Shown here: piece after piece, positions 17,330 through 25,690 of the stretch
Numbering within the stretch: the stretch's first letter is position 1
How the letters are laid out: each line of letters starts with the position of its first letter
From: a virus
Taxonomy: Duplodnaviria; Caudoviricetes
IMG/VR virus record: IMGVR_UViG_3300045557_000063
Coordinates: 1 to 39,794 of that record
Length of the DNA stretch: 39,794 bases
Direction: 5' to 3' (one strand)
Translations under genes and position numbers: made by a program
Notes under the pieces: model-generated
The model's database searches: none
What the model was told of the DNA's origin: nothing
Seen by the model: only the letters and a program-made list of their open reading frames with translations

Positions 17330-17668
17330 TTAGACCTCCTTTGGTTCTAAATAGTAAAATTTGATCCCCTTGTGGTAGAGACCCGTGTCCGGTTCGTAAA
17401 GGTCCGCTTCATCCAGCCTATTGAAACCTGCGTTCTTCAAGGCTTGCTTGATGCCGGCTACGAGAGAGCTGTAGTCCGATTTGGACCAGACATCCACCTG
17501 GATATAGTGGCCAGTGAACGCCTCGTCGTCATCTTCGAAATCCTCTCCGGTCTGCAGGTATTCGTGAAAGGTGATATAGGTCAGAGCTTGCCCGGAGTAC
17601 TTCTGAAAACCGACCGGAACTCCCAAGGGGCTTAAGGTTTCAAGGATCAGTTTATTAAGCAAGTTCAT
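17330..17668 (-). CDS. Tail completion/terminator protein
   Basis: YITFHEY...IQVDVWSK...AGF...DLYEPDTGLYHK; start reassigned to ATG 17668. Confidence 0.8.
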   Translation of the reverse strand: MNLLNKLILETLSPLGVPVGFQKYSGQALTYITFHEYLQTGEDFEDDDEAFTGHYIQVDVWSKSDYSSLVAGIKQALKNAGFNRLDEADLYEPDTGLYHKGIKFYYLEPKEV

Positions 17669-18053
17669 CAAGCCCCCTTTGAAGTTCATCTTGTATGGTT
17701 TCGTCGATCTTCTTTTTGTTCTCCAGTACGGAGTTCTCAGCCCAGTGCACGGCGGGTATCTTCGAGGTTCCCCACTCGGTGAATTTGGAGTAGAAGAATT
17801 CAGAGTTGTCACCCTTGTTGGGGCCAATCTGAATAAAGTCCACGCCGTTGGCCGTTTCAATCTCAGATACCTGGATGTTGTCAGCCATGTGCTTTTTGTT
17901 GGAGTCGGAGCGGGGAGCTTTCTCATCCATGCTGCCTTTGACCATAGCAGCTGATTTTTCCAGGGCGTTCTTCTTGATTTGGGTACCGCGGCTTCCAAGC
18001 TTATTGACTTTGTCGATCAGCTCCTGCATGCCCTCAAGCTCAATCTTGGCCAT
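17655..18053 (-). CDS. HK97 gp10-family neck protein
   Basis: IELEGMQEL...FYSKFTEWGTSKIPA. Confidence 0.9.
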   Translation of the reverse strand: MAKIELEGMQELIDKVNKLGSRGTQIKKNALEKSAAMVKGSMDEKAPRSDSNKKHMADNIQVSEIETANGVDFIQIGPNKGDNSEFFYSKFTEWGTSKIPAVHWAENSVLENKKKIDETIQDELQRGLDELA

Positions 18054-18372
18054 TGGCGTCCACCTCCAAAGCCCGGATCTCCATGTACCTGTTCCGGTAC
18101 TTTATATGGTCGATGCCGGTGATGTTGTAGGTCCTACCCTGGAAGAGGATCTGCATGGTCTGGTCGATTCCCTCCAGAAAGCGGATGGTGAACTTGACGG
18201 TGTTTTCTTCCTGGACTGACTTTGCTTCGAAATACTCTTTGCCATGCAGGTTTGTGACCTCGGCCCATATCGTCTTGAAGACTTGCGGAATTTCAGTCTC
18301 AAAGCCGTTCTCGTTTATGACGGGCATCACCCTTTGGATGGTGATGCGGTGTCGCATTTTTCCAATTCCCAA
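18040..18372 (-). CDS. Head closure / head-tail adaptor protein
   Basis: IGKMRHRITIQ...TIWA...FTIRF...YNI; TTG start at 18372 is probable. Confidence 0.88.
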   Translation of the reverse strand: MGIGKMRHRITIQRVMPVINENGFETEIPQVFKTIWAEVTNLHGKEYFEAKSVQEENTVKFTIRFLEGIDQTMQILFQGRTYNITGIDHIKYRNRYMEIRALEVDANGQD

Positions 18373-18374
18373 AG

Positions 18375-18650
18375 CTACCACCCCTCTTTTCGATAGGCGA
18401 AGAGTAGCCGCTTCATCAGGTCGATCATCGACTGCATGTCAACGGTTTCCCGCTGCTCATAAAGGTTTCCGATGGCATAGAGGGCCGCCTGTTTCACCGT
18501 TTCGGGTATTTCTACAAATTCAGCGAGAGGGAATCGGAGGATGTCCTCGCAAAGCTCCTCTGCAGAATTGATGCAGGAGGTGATGAGCGAATCGTCCGTA
18601 TCACCATCGACCTTCAGGTATAGTTTTGCTTCATCAAGTGTTACCAGCAA
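18375..18650 (-). CDS. Head-tail connector (gp6-like)
   Basis: VTLDEAKLYLKVD...DDSLI...LYEQRE; the SD GGAGG fits TTG at 18650. Confidence 0.9.
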   Translation of the reverse strand: MLVTLDEAKLYLKVDGDTDDSLITSCINSAEELCEDILRFPLAEFVEIPETVKQAALYAIGNLYEQRETVDMQSMIDLMKRLLFAYRKEGW

Positions 18651-18668
18651 TGCGCTCACCTCCCAGTG

Positions 18669-18890
18669 TTATTCGGCAGCCATAAGCCCTGCAGCCTTGA
18701 GTTTGGCAAGCAGGGCGTTAAAGTCGACGACCAGTCCCGCGATGGTTGTGGCGGTGCTGTCGGCCTGGTACGCAGCTGGAGTGAGGGCGGAGGGCAGGCC
18801 GACAACCTGGCCGCCCTCCACGATCTCAAGTGTTCCTCCGATGACGGTTTTTTCGCCGCCTTGCTCGGTATAGTTCTTTACATTACTCAT
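18669..18890 (-). CDS. Putative head fibre/decoration protein
   Basis: Directly after the capsid gene; NYTEQGGE...DFNALLAKLKAAGLMA. Confidence 0.75.
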   Translation of the reverse strand: MSNVKNYTEQGGEKTVIGGTLEIVEGGQVVGLPSALTPAAYQADSTATTIAGLVVDFNALLAKLKAAGLMAAE

Positions 18891-18900
18891 ATCCCGTCAC

Positions 18901-20100
18901 CTACGCTTTCTGCTGAAGGAGCTTGATGGCTTCGGGAAGGATCAGCTTTCCATCGACCCTTTGTGTTGCCTTAAAGCCCACCTGTCCGGTTGCGGCGAAG
19001 AGTTCGTTCAGTCTCTGGAAGGATCTGCCCTGGCGGTCAGCCACCCAATAGTAACCGAAGTCGCCGAAGGCAATTGACTTTGCACTGGCAGCGATGGTCG
19101 GAACAAAGGCGGAGGTCTTCACCGGCCTGTTCAGGATGGTGTCAGGCTGTCCTGCCTGGATGGAAGGCTGCCAGATGTACTGCCCGTTGCCATCCTTCAG
19201 TTTTCTGATAGCCTTAACAGTCGCATCGTTCATGACGAAGATGGCATTCTTCCTGTATGGGGACTTCAGGCTATAGAAAAGGTCCATGACCTCGTCGATG
19301 GTGATGGCAGTAGCTGAAGCCGCTGTAATGCCAAGCTGTGCTCCGCCGGTGGCATTGAAGATACCTGTGGGCTTACCGACGCCATCTCCAATGAAGAAGG
19401 CTTCCTCTTCCTTGGCACCGATCCTTCTGGCAAACTCCCTGGCGATATAGCTTTCCAAGTTGAAGACGCTGTCGTTTAAGAGTTCCTCAGACACCTTGAT
19501 CATGGTGGCCAGCTTGTAAGCCCCGATAGATACCTGTCCGAAGGCATCATCGGACTCTGGGATCGCGCCTTCCTCGTCCACCCAAAAAGCGGTGCCCTTG
19601 GTGGCGACTACAGGGATCTTTCTGTCGCCGGATGAGGTGGTGATGACCTTGGCAATGGATCTGAATAGGTTCTCTTCCTCCAGGGATTCGACGAGGGTCT
19701 TTTCGAACTCGTCAGGCACCAGGTAGCCGCCTTCGGAATCCGTACCGATCTGAAGGGCGTTCTGCACATCGTAGCTGTTCTTGTTTCTCATGGCTTTCCA
19801 GAAAGCCTGGGTGTAGGCGTCAGATGCCTTGCCTTTTTTCATTTCGCCGGACATATTAGCTCCTGGCTGATTGGTGATGGGAGAAGCGGTGGGTCTTGAA
19901 AGTTCGGCATCGATTGCTGCCTGGCGTTCCAGACGCTCGATCTCTTTGCCGAGGTTCATGACGTCAGTCTCCATCTTTTCGTAGGTTTCGGTGTCTGCGG
20001 CAGAGAGCAGGCCGTCTGTACCTCTTTTGCTGTCCAGGAATGCCTTTGCGGATTCCCAGGCTTTCGAGCGTTTTTCTCTCAGTTCAAGAATTGTGTTCAT
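18901..20100 (-). CDS. Major capsid protein, HK97 family
   Basis: Delta-domain coiled coil, EGGYLVP, FGDF, RVDGK. Confidence 0.96.
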   Translation of the reverse strand: MNTILELREKRSKAWESAKAFLDSKRGTDGLLSAADTETYEKMETDVMNLGKEIERLERQAAIDAELSRPTASPITNQPGANMSGEMKKGKASDAYTQAFWKAMRNKNSYDVQNALQIGTDSEGGYLVPDEFEKTLVESLEEENLFRSIAKVITTSSGDRKIPVVATKGTAFWVDEEGAIPESDDAFGQVSIGAYKLATMIKVSEELLNDSVFNLESYIAREFARRIGAKEEEAFFIGDGVGKPTGIFNATGGAQLGITAASATAITIDEVMDLFYSLKSPYRKNAIFVMNDATVKAIRKLKDGNGQYIWQPSIQAGQPDTILNRPVKTSAFVPTIAASAKSIAFGDFGYYWVADRQGRSFQRLNELFAATGQVGFKATQRVDGKLILPEAIKLLQQKA

Positions 20101-20119
20101 AGGTGTTATCCTCCTTAAA

Positions 20120-20815
20120 TTAGTGAGCCAGCAGGCTCAGTCTCTTTTCGAGCTGTTCGATCGGGGTCTTGTTTTCAGGCTTGGGCGGGATAAGTTTCAA
20201 AAGCAAAGAGTTGGTCACTGCGGTCCTTGAGAACATCACAGCTTCCAACTCTTCTTTATGATCCGTTTGACTGTCATCATGAAATAGCATCCTGTTAGCG
20301 AAACCCATCTCGATGGCCTTCTTGGCATTGAACCAGCTTTCAGCATCCATGAGCCTTGAGATCTTCGCCCGGGATAGCCCAGACTTGATTTCGTAGGCGT
20401 TGATGATGGATTCTTTGACCTCGGAAAGCATCTCGATAGCCCGCTGCATTTCCTGGGAATCGCCAATAGCAACGGTCATGGGGTTGTGGATCATCATCAT
20501 GGCCACGGGAGACATCAAGACCTCTGTGCCGGCCATTGCGATAACAGATGCCGCCGAAGCGGCAAGACCGTCGATCTTGACCGTCACATCTCCCTTGTAG
20601 TCCATCAGCATGTTGTAGATCTGCGCTGCGGCGAAAACATCCCCGCCAGGCGAATTGATCCACACGGTAATGTCTCCTTGGCAGGATTCCAGTTCCTCTT
20701 TGAAGAGCCTTGGCGTCACTTCGTCGCCGAACCAGGTTTCATCGGAAATCTGGCCGTTCAGGTAGAGGGTGTTGCCTGTGTCGTCTCTGACCCAGTTCCA
20801 AAATTTGCGGTTCAT
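20120..20815 (-). CDS. ClpP-type prohead protease
   Basis: INSPGGDVF, DGLAASAASVI, MMIHNP. Confidence 0.95.
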   Translation of the reverse strand: MNRKFWNWVRDDTGNTLYLNGQISDETWFGDEVTPRLFKEELESCQGDITVWINSPGGDVFAAAQIYNMLMDYKGDVTVKIDGLAASAASVIAMAGTEVLMSPVAMMMIHNPMTVAIGDSQEMQRAIEMLSEVKESIINAYEIKSGLSRAKISRLMDAESWFNAKKAIEMGFANRMLFHDDSQTDHKEELEAVMFSRTAVTNSLLLKLIPPKPENKTPIEQLEKRLSLLAH

Positions 20816-22101
20816 ACTCGTGCATCACTTCCTTTCTGCTCAATCTGCGTATCGGGAGCGTTGGCTGTGTTTGCAAACGCCCCGGCATCCTTAAGTTTTG
20901 TCATATTGCCGTTGATGAGGTATAGGTTTCCGCCTTCCTCACTTGGGATAGGGTTCATATCCTCCATCTCGCGGATATCATTGGCTGACAGCCATCCGTT
21001 TTGCCTTGCGATGGAATAGCCGTTCATGCGGCTTTGGTAATCGCCGCGGAGCAGCCCGTCCACATTCAGCTTGATGAAGTACTCGGCTTTTTCACGCGGC
21101 AGGAGCAAGGACCGTTGGAGTGCCTGTTCCCAGCGGATGACCCAGGGGTCGAGGGTGTACTTTACGAACTCCAGGGATTGTTGCTCGATGTTCGAGAAGC
21201 TGGATTTTTCAAGATCCCCAACCATGTGCGGAGGGATCCGGTAGAGCCTTGCGATCTCGTTGATCTGGAACTTCCTCGTCTCGAGGAACTGCGCTTCTTC
21301 CGGAGGGATGCCGATTTGCTGATATTTCATGCCTTCCTCGAGGACCGCCACCTTGTGGGCATTGTTCGTTCCCCGGTACACTTCATTCCAGGAGTCGCGG
21401 ACCTTCTTGGGGTCCTTCAAAACTCCGGGATGCTCCAATACACCGCCGGGATTGGCCCCGTTGGCGAAGAAGCTTGCGCCATATTCCTCACAGGCTAAGG
21501 TCATGCCCACAGCGTTTTTCGCCATAGCAATGGGCGAGTACCCGACCAGTCCGTCAAATCCAAGTCCCGGGATATGGAGCACGTCCTGCCTTCGAAGTAC
21601 CACGGATCCGTAATCCTTGAAGTTGGGGTTCTCATCCGAGTTCCGGGAATAGGTGTAGAAGATCTCGCCGTTTTTGTCCCGCCAGACCTCCATCTTGTTT
21701 GGAAGGAGCGGATAAAGTGCCACCACGCGTCCAGCTCCGTCACGGATGACCTGGGCGTATGCGTTGCCCCAGATGAGCAGGTGGCTCATCAGCGTTTCCC
21801 TGAACACAAAGGAGGTCATCTCGCTGTTCGGTTCATCGTGGAGGATGTGGTAAAGCGGGTGGTCGTAGACTCTCTCCTTGCCGCCCTGGCTATAGCGATA
21901 GATGTGAAGGGGCAGCGAAGCCAAGGCTTCTGAGAGGATGCGGACACAGGAATAGACCGCAGTGGTCTGCATAGCGGTAAACTCGTTCACGTTCTTCCCG
22001 CTTGTGGTCCCTCCGAAGAGAAAGGTGTAGTTTGAGCCGGAATAGTAGTCGGTAGGCTTATCCCTTGCCTTGAAAATCTTTGAGAGAATGGGTATATCCA
22101 T
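20812..22101 (-). CDS. Portal protein, HK97 family
   Basis: AVYSCVRILSE, WGNAY, GYSPI, IPPHMVG; ATG 22101 with SD GGAGG. Confidence 0.96.
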   Translation of the reverse strand: MDIPILSKIFKARDKPTDYYSGSNYTFLFGGTTSGKNVNEFTAMQTTAVYSCVRILSEALASLPLHIYRYSQGGKERVYDHPLYHILHDEPNSEMTSFVFRETLMSHLLIWGNAYAQVIRDGAGRVVALYPLLPNKMEVWRDKNGEIFYTYSRNSDENPNFKDYGSVVLRRQDVLHIPGLGFDGLVGYSPIAMAKNAVGMTLACEEYGASFFANGANPGGVLEHPGVLKDPKKVRDSWNEVYRGTNNAHKVAVLEEGMKYQQIGIPPEEAQFLETRKFQINEIARLYRIPPHMVGDLEKSSFSNIEQQSLEFVKYTLDPWVIRWEQALQRSLLLPREKAEYFIKLNVDGLLRGDYQSRMNGYSIARQNGWLSANDIREMEDMNPIPSEEGGNLYLINGNMTKLKDAGAFANTANAPDTQIEQKGSDARV

Positions 22102-22179
22102 AGGCTTCACCTCCAGGTAAGCTTCAAAATGGGTGTAAAAAAGAGTCTGTGTTTTCACAGACTCCAGATTTGGATTATG

Positions 22180-23775
22180 TTAGAAGACCAAAATCCCACG
22201 GTCGTCATATACGCTGTTTCGGACCTCTGTCCGCAGCGATCTGTCGAGGGCCATGATGGTTGCAACTGCGCCGTCGATCTTCTCGGTGCTCTTTTCCTTG
22301 TCCGGCTTGATGTTTCCCGCAGGATCCGTCCTTATGAAGATGTTGTCCATCATCCACCTTAGGACCGGATGCCCGCCGTGGGCGAGCTTTTCTTCCAGGG
22401 TCAGTTTCATTAGCTCCTTGGTCGGCGGAGACATATCTTTGAAGCCCTGACCGAAGGGAACCACCGTGAATCCCATGCCTTCCAGGTTCTGAACCATCTG
22501 CACGGCTCCCCAGCGGTCGAAGGCGATTTCTTTGATGTTGTATTTTTCACCGAGTTTTTCAATGAAAGCTTCTATGAAGCCGTAATGGACCACGTTGCCC
22601 TCGGTAGTCTGCAAGTATCCTTGTTTTTGCCAAACATCGTAAGGCACATGGTCACGCCGGACACGAAGGTCGATGTTTTCCTCCGGGATCCAGAAGTAAG
22701 GGAGCACGCTGTACTTGTCATCCTCGTCTTCCGGAGGGAAGACCAGAACGAAAGCCGTGATGTCCGTGGTGCTCGAAAGGTCGAGACCCCCGTAACAGAC
22801 GCGCCCTTCCAGTAAATCCGGGTTGACCGGGAATGAGCATTTGTCCCATTTGTCCATCGGCATCCAGCGGACAGCCTGTTTGACCCACTGGTTGAGCCTC
22901 AGCTGCCTGAAGCTGTTCTCCTCGGCAGGGTTTTGCTTGGCGCTTTCGCAGGCGGCCTTCACCTTGTCCATGCCGACCGTGATGCCAAGGGAGGGGTTTG
23001 CCTTTTTCCATACCTTCGGGTCGGTCCAGTCGTCTGCTTCGTCAGCTCCGAAGATAACGGGATAGAAGGTCGGGTCGATTTTCCTCCCGTCCAGGATGTC
23101 CTGGGCTTTCTGGTGGATCTCGTAGCAGATACTGTTGGTGTCGTTGCCGGCAGTGGTGATCAGAAAGTAGAGCGGCTGCATCCTGGCGTCACCGCTACCT
23201 TTGGTCATGACGTCAAAGAGCTTCCTGTTTGGCTGCGTGTGAAGCTCATCGAACACGACTCCGTGGGTGTTGAAGCCGTGCTTGTTGGAAACGTCCGCCG
23301 AGAGCACCTGGTAGATGCTCCCGGTTGGGAGGTAGATCAGACGTTTCTGTGAATCCAGGATCTTCACGCGTTTTGATAGTGCCGGGCATAGTCTCACCAT
23401 GTCAGCCGCCACATTAAAGACAATAGAAGCCTGGTTTCGGTCGGCGGCACACCCGTAAACCTCAGCCCGTTCCTCACCGTCGCCGCAGGTGAGGAGCAGC
23501 GCCACGGCGGCGGCAAGCTCCGATTTTCCCATCTTCTTGGGGATTTCCACGTATGCCGTGTTGAACTGCCGATAGCCGTTGGATTTGATCGTCCCGAAAA
23601 CATCCCGGATGATTTGCTCCTGCCAGTCGATGAGTTCAAAGGGCTTTCCTGCCCATGTGCCTTTTGTATGGGACAGGCATTCAATAAAGCCGACCGCATA
23701 GTCTGCGGCGTCTTTGTCGTAATGGGAGTCCTTGCCCATGAATTGAGTGGACTTGTATTTCTTAAGCCTTCGTAT
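22180..23775 (-). CDS. Terminase large subunit (probable ATA start at 23775; first ATG at 23739)
   Basis: IPKKMGKS Walker A, VVFDELH Walker B, GLDLS nuclease, KIDGAVA. Confidence 0.95.
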   Translation of the reverse strand: MRRLKKYKSTQFMGKDSHYDKDAADYAVGFIECLSHTKGTWAGKPFELIDWQEQIIRDVFGTIKSNGYRQFNTAYVEIPKKMGKSELAAAVALLLTCGDGEERAEVYGCAADRNQASIVFNVAADMVRLCPALSKRVKILDSQKRLIYLPTGSIYQVLSADVSNKHGFNTHGVVFDELHTQPNRKLFDVMTKGSGDARMQPLYFLITTAGNDTNSICYEIHQKAQDILDGRKIDPTFYPVIFGADEADDWTDPKVWKKANPSLGITVGMDKVKAACESAKQNPAEENSFRQLRLNQWVKQAVRWMPMDKWDKCSFPVNPDLLEGRVCYGGLDLSSTTDITAFVLVFPPEDEDDKYSVLPYFWIPEENIDLRVRRDHVPYDVWQKQGYLQTTEGNVVHYGFIEAFIEKLGEKYNIKEIAFDRWGAVQMVQNLEGMGFTVVPFGQGFKDMSPPTKELMKLTLEEKLAHGGHPVLRWMMDNIFIRTDPAGNIKPDKEKSTEKIDGAVATIMALDRSLRTEVRNSVYDDRGILVF

Positions 23776-23878
23776 ATGCGGTCACCTCCTACAACAGACA
23801 TAAAAATAGACCCCTAAGGGCCTTCCGGTACGAGGAACAGAGCCGTTAGGCCCTATTCTCGGATTTGATTCAATTCGT

Positions 23879-24103
23879 TTAGTTGAACTTTTTCATTAGC
23901 TCCGCAAGCGCTGCTTCAGCCTCCGAATCAATGGGCATGATATCCCAGCCCCTATCGTAATTGGCTATGACTCTGCCATCGCGTTTGAGCATCAGCTTTG
24001 AAATGCGGCCATTATCGATCCCGAACTGCGACCCTTCTTCAAAACTCTTGACCCAGTAGCTGATGGTGCTTCCTCCGACCTTGATGCTGCCTTGTTTCCA
24101 CAT
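23879..24103 (-). CDS. Small conserved phage protein
   Basis: SD GGGAGG; FGIDNGRISKL...NYDRGWD; has its own motif B upstream. Confidence 0.8.
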   Translation of the reverse strand: MWKQGSIKVGGSTISYWVKSFEEGSQFGIDNGRISKLMLKRDGRVIANYDRGWDIMPIDSEAEAALAELMKKFN

Positions 24104-24140
24104 GTTTTTTCCCTCCCTTAGTGTAGTTTTCTTTTGGTAT

Positions 24141-24174
24141 TACATATATCACTCTAAAGGGGGACTATAGCAAG
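24141..24174 (-). promoter_or_regulatory. Motif B copy 2
   Basis: Minus strand CTTGCTATAGT-N7-TAGAGTGATATATGTA. Confidence 0.7.
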
Positions 24175-24192
24175 TCATATATCGCAGGTTTC

Positions 24193-24678
24193 TTACATTT
24201 TGCCGGTGAGTATGAACTGGCTGTATTCCTTCTTGTTATCTTGGATAAAGGTCACAAGCTCGTAGTATCCACGCTCATAAGCCATGCGCTGTACCGTATG
24301 GATGTCAAACATGTTGGTCTCGCCGGTCTCCCGGATGGCCAGGATCTGCCGGATGATCCGCTCTTTGATGGTCTCGGTCGGTGGATAAATTGCAGCATAC
24401 CGTGCATAATCGTAGCCTTCGCTTTCCACCAGGATGCCCTCATCTGAGCCTTTTACCTTGACCAGGATGCAGTGCCACACCTTGTCGGCATCCACATACA
24501 TCTTATCGATACGCTTTGCGATGAAGTCGTGGTCGTCGATGAGGTTCGAACTGAAATTCCTGTATTCATCGGGTTCAAGGTAGACCACTTCTTCAATGGC
24601 AAATGGGGTGGCTTTCTCGTTTTCGTAGCCCTTCAGGTCGTCAATGGTGTTTGCTTTCCTTACAAAATACGCCTTCAT
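24193..24678 (-). CDS. Two-domain phage protein with DUF5049-like C-terminus
   Basis: ILVESEGYDYARY domain fused to QILAIRETGETNMFD...FILTG. Confidence 0.8.
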   Translation of the reverse strand: MKAYFVRKANTIDDLKGYENEKATPFAIEEVVYLEPDEYRNFSSNLIDDHDFIAKRIDKMYVDADKVWHCILVKVKGSDEGILVESEGYDYARYAAIYPPTETIKERIIRQILAIRETGETNMFDIHTVQRMAYERGYYELVTFIQDNKKEYSQFILTGKM

Positions 24679-24914
24679 TTCTGAACCTCCTCGTTAACTG
24701 CCTGGCAGGAATCCTCGCCGTAGGCTACGCCGAGGGATGATCCGCAGTCCCAATTCACATGGATGGTTCCGATGTCGTCGACTCCCGTCACCGTACCCAG
24801 TTCGCCTGGACTTAGCCTTGTGAATGGGTCGTCCATGTGAGTCAGTTTTACCCTGGTGCCGGGTTTATACTTTTCTCTCAGATGCCTGAGCATATCTTGG
24901 GAAATGTTACGCAT
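24675..24914 (-). CDS. DUF4314-like protein
   Basis: YKPGTRVKL..MDDP...GTVTGVDDIGTIHVNWDCGSSLG. Confidence 0.85.
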   Translation of the reverse strand: MRNISQDMLRHLREKYKPGTRVKLTHMDDPFTRLSPGELGTVTGVDDIGTIHVNWDCGSSLGVAYGEDSCQAVNEEVQK

Positions 24915-25629
24915 GTCCCTCAACCTCCTTGGAATCAGATTCTGTGTTTTTGAATGCCGAGCTTCCTGTCAGTTTGGAAAGCAGGATTTTGCGCTCTTGT
25001 TTAAATTCGTCCCCGATGAATCCAAGCCTTAGGAGGAAGCAGCGGAAGGCGTATTTCTCGTTTTCGATTTCCTTGGGCTTTGCCGTGACCCGTTTCTGTT
25101 CCTTAGCCAGTTTGGCAAGAGAGGTGATGAAAGCGGAGTAGGCTTTGATTTCCTCTGGGCTTACCGGAAAGGCAAACCAGGGGAAGCTTATTTTATCTTC
25201 TGTGATTTCAATTGAAAGCTCCTTGACCCCAAGGGCGTTCCTGATCAGCGAGTCCTTACTTTCGATGAGTTTTTTCAGGTTCTCAAGGTTCGTATCTGTG
25301 AAAGATTCCCGAGGGAGTTCGATCACAAGTCCTCCGATTGCATCCTCCGCGGGTGCTTCTATCTCATCGGTAGGCGCGTCTGGGGGCAGGATTCCTATCA
25401 CCTCAGCCTCAAAGCCCTGTTCAGCCAGTCTTTCAACAAGTATCTCCAGATTGTTTGGAGTAGTCTGGTCATTGAAGGAAAGTTCGCCGTTCTTTCCGAT
25501 GGTGTAGTCGCCGACCTGGTATGCGCAGGATGGAACCTTAAGGTATTTGGCTGGAGTCTCTGTTATTTCACTGATGAGCTGAACCAGCCGCTTTCGTTCT
25601 GTACCTGTTACTTTAAAGTTGATTGTCAT
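24907..25629 (-). CDS. Conserved phage protein (often labelled virulence-related)
   Basis: ENEKYAFRCFLLRLGFIG...LLSKLTGSSAF; ATG 25629 with SD AAGGAGG. Confidence 0.82.
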   Translation of the reverse strand: MTINFKVTGTERKRLVQLISEITETPAKYLKVPSCAYQVGDYTIGKNGELSFNDQTTPNNLEILVERLAEQGFEAEVIGILPPDAPTDEIEAPAEDAIGGLVIELPRESFTDTNLENLKKLIESKDSLIRNALGVKELSIEITEDKISFPWFAFPVSPEEIKAYSAFITSLAKLAKEQKRVTAKPKEIENEKYAFRCFLLRLGFIGDEFKQERKILLSKLTGSSAFKNTESDSKEVEGHA

Positions 25630-25656
25630 GATATTGTCCTCCTTTATTCTTGGTAG

Positions 25657-25690
25657 TACATATATCACTCTAACCAAGTACTATAGCAAG
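25657..25690 (-). promoter_or_regulatory. Motif B copy 3
   Basis: Identical to copy 2 outside the 7-nt spacer. Confidence 0.7.

Noticed and set aside
17669-17998. Extended N-terminus of the 222-aa track ORF
   Set aside because: Overlaps the HK97 gp10 gene in another frame; the family-like part starts at 17668
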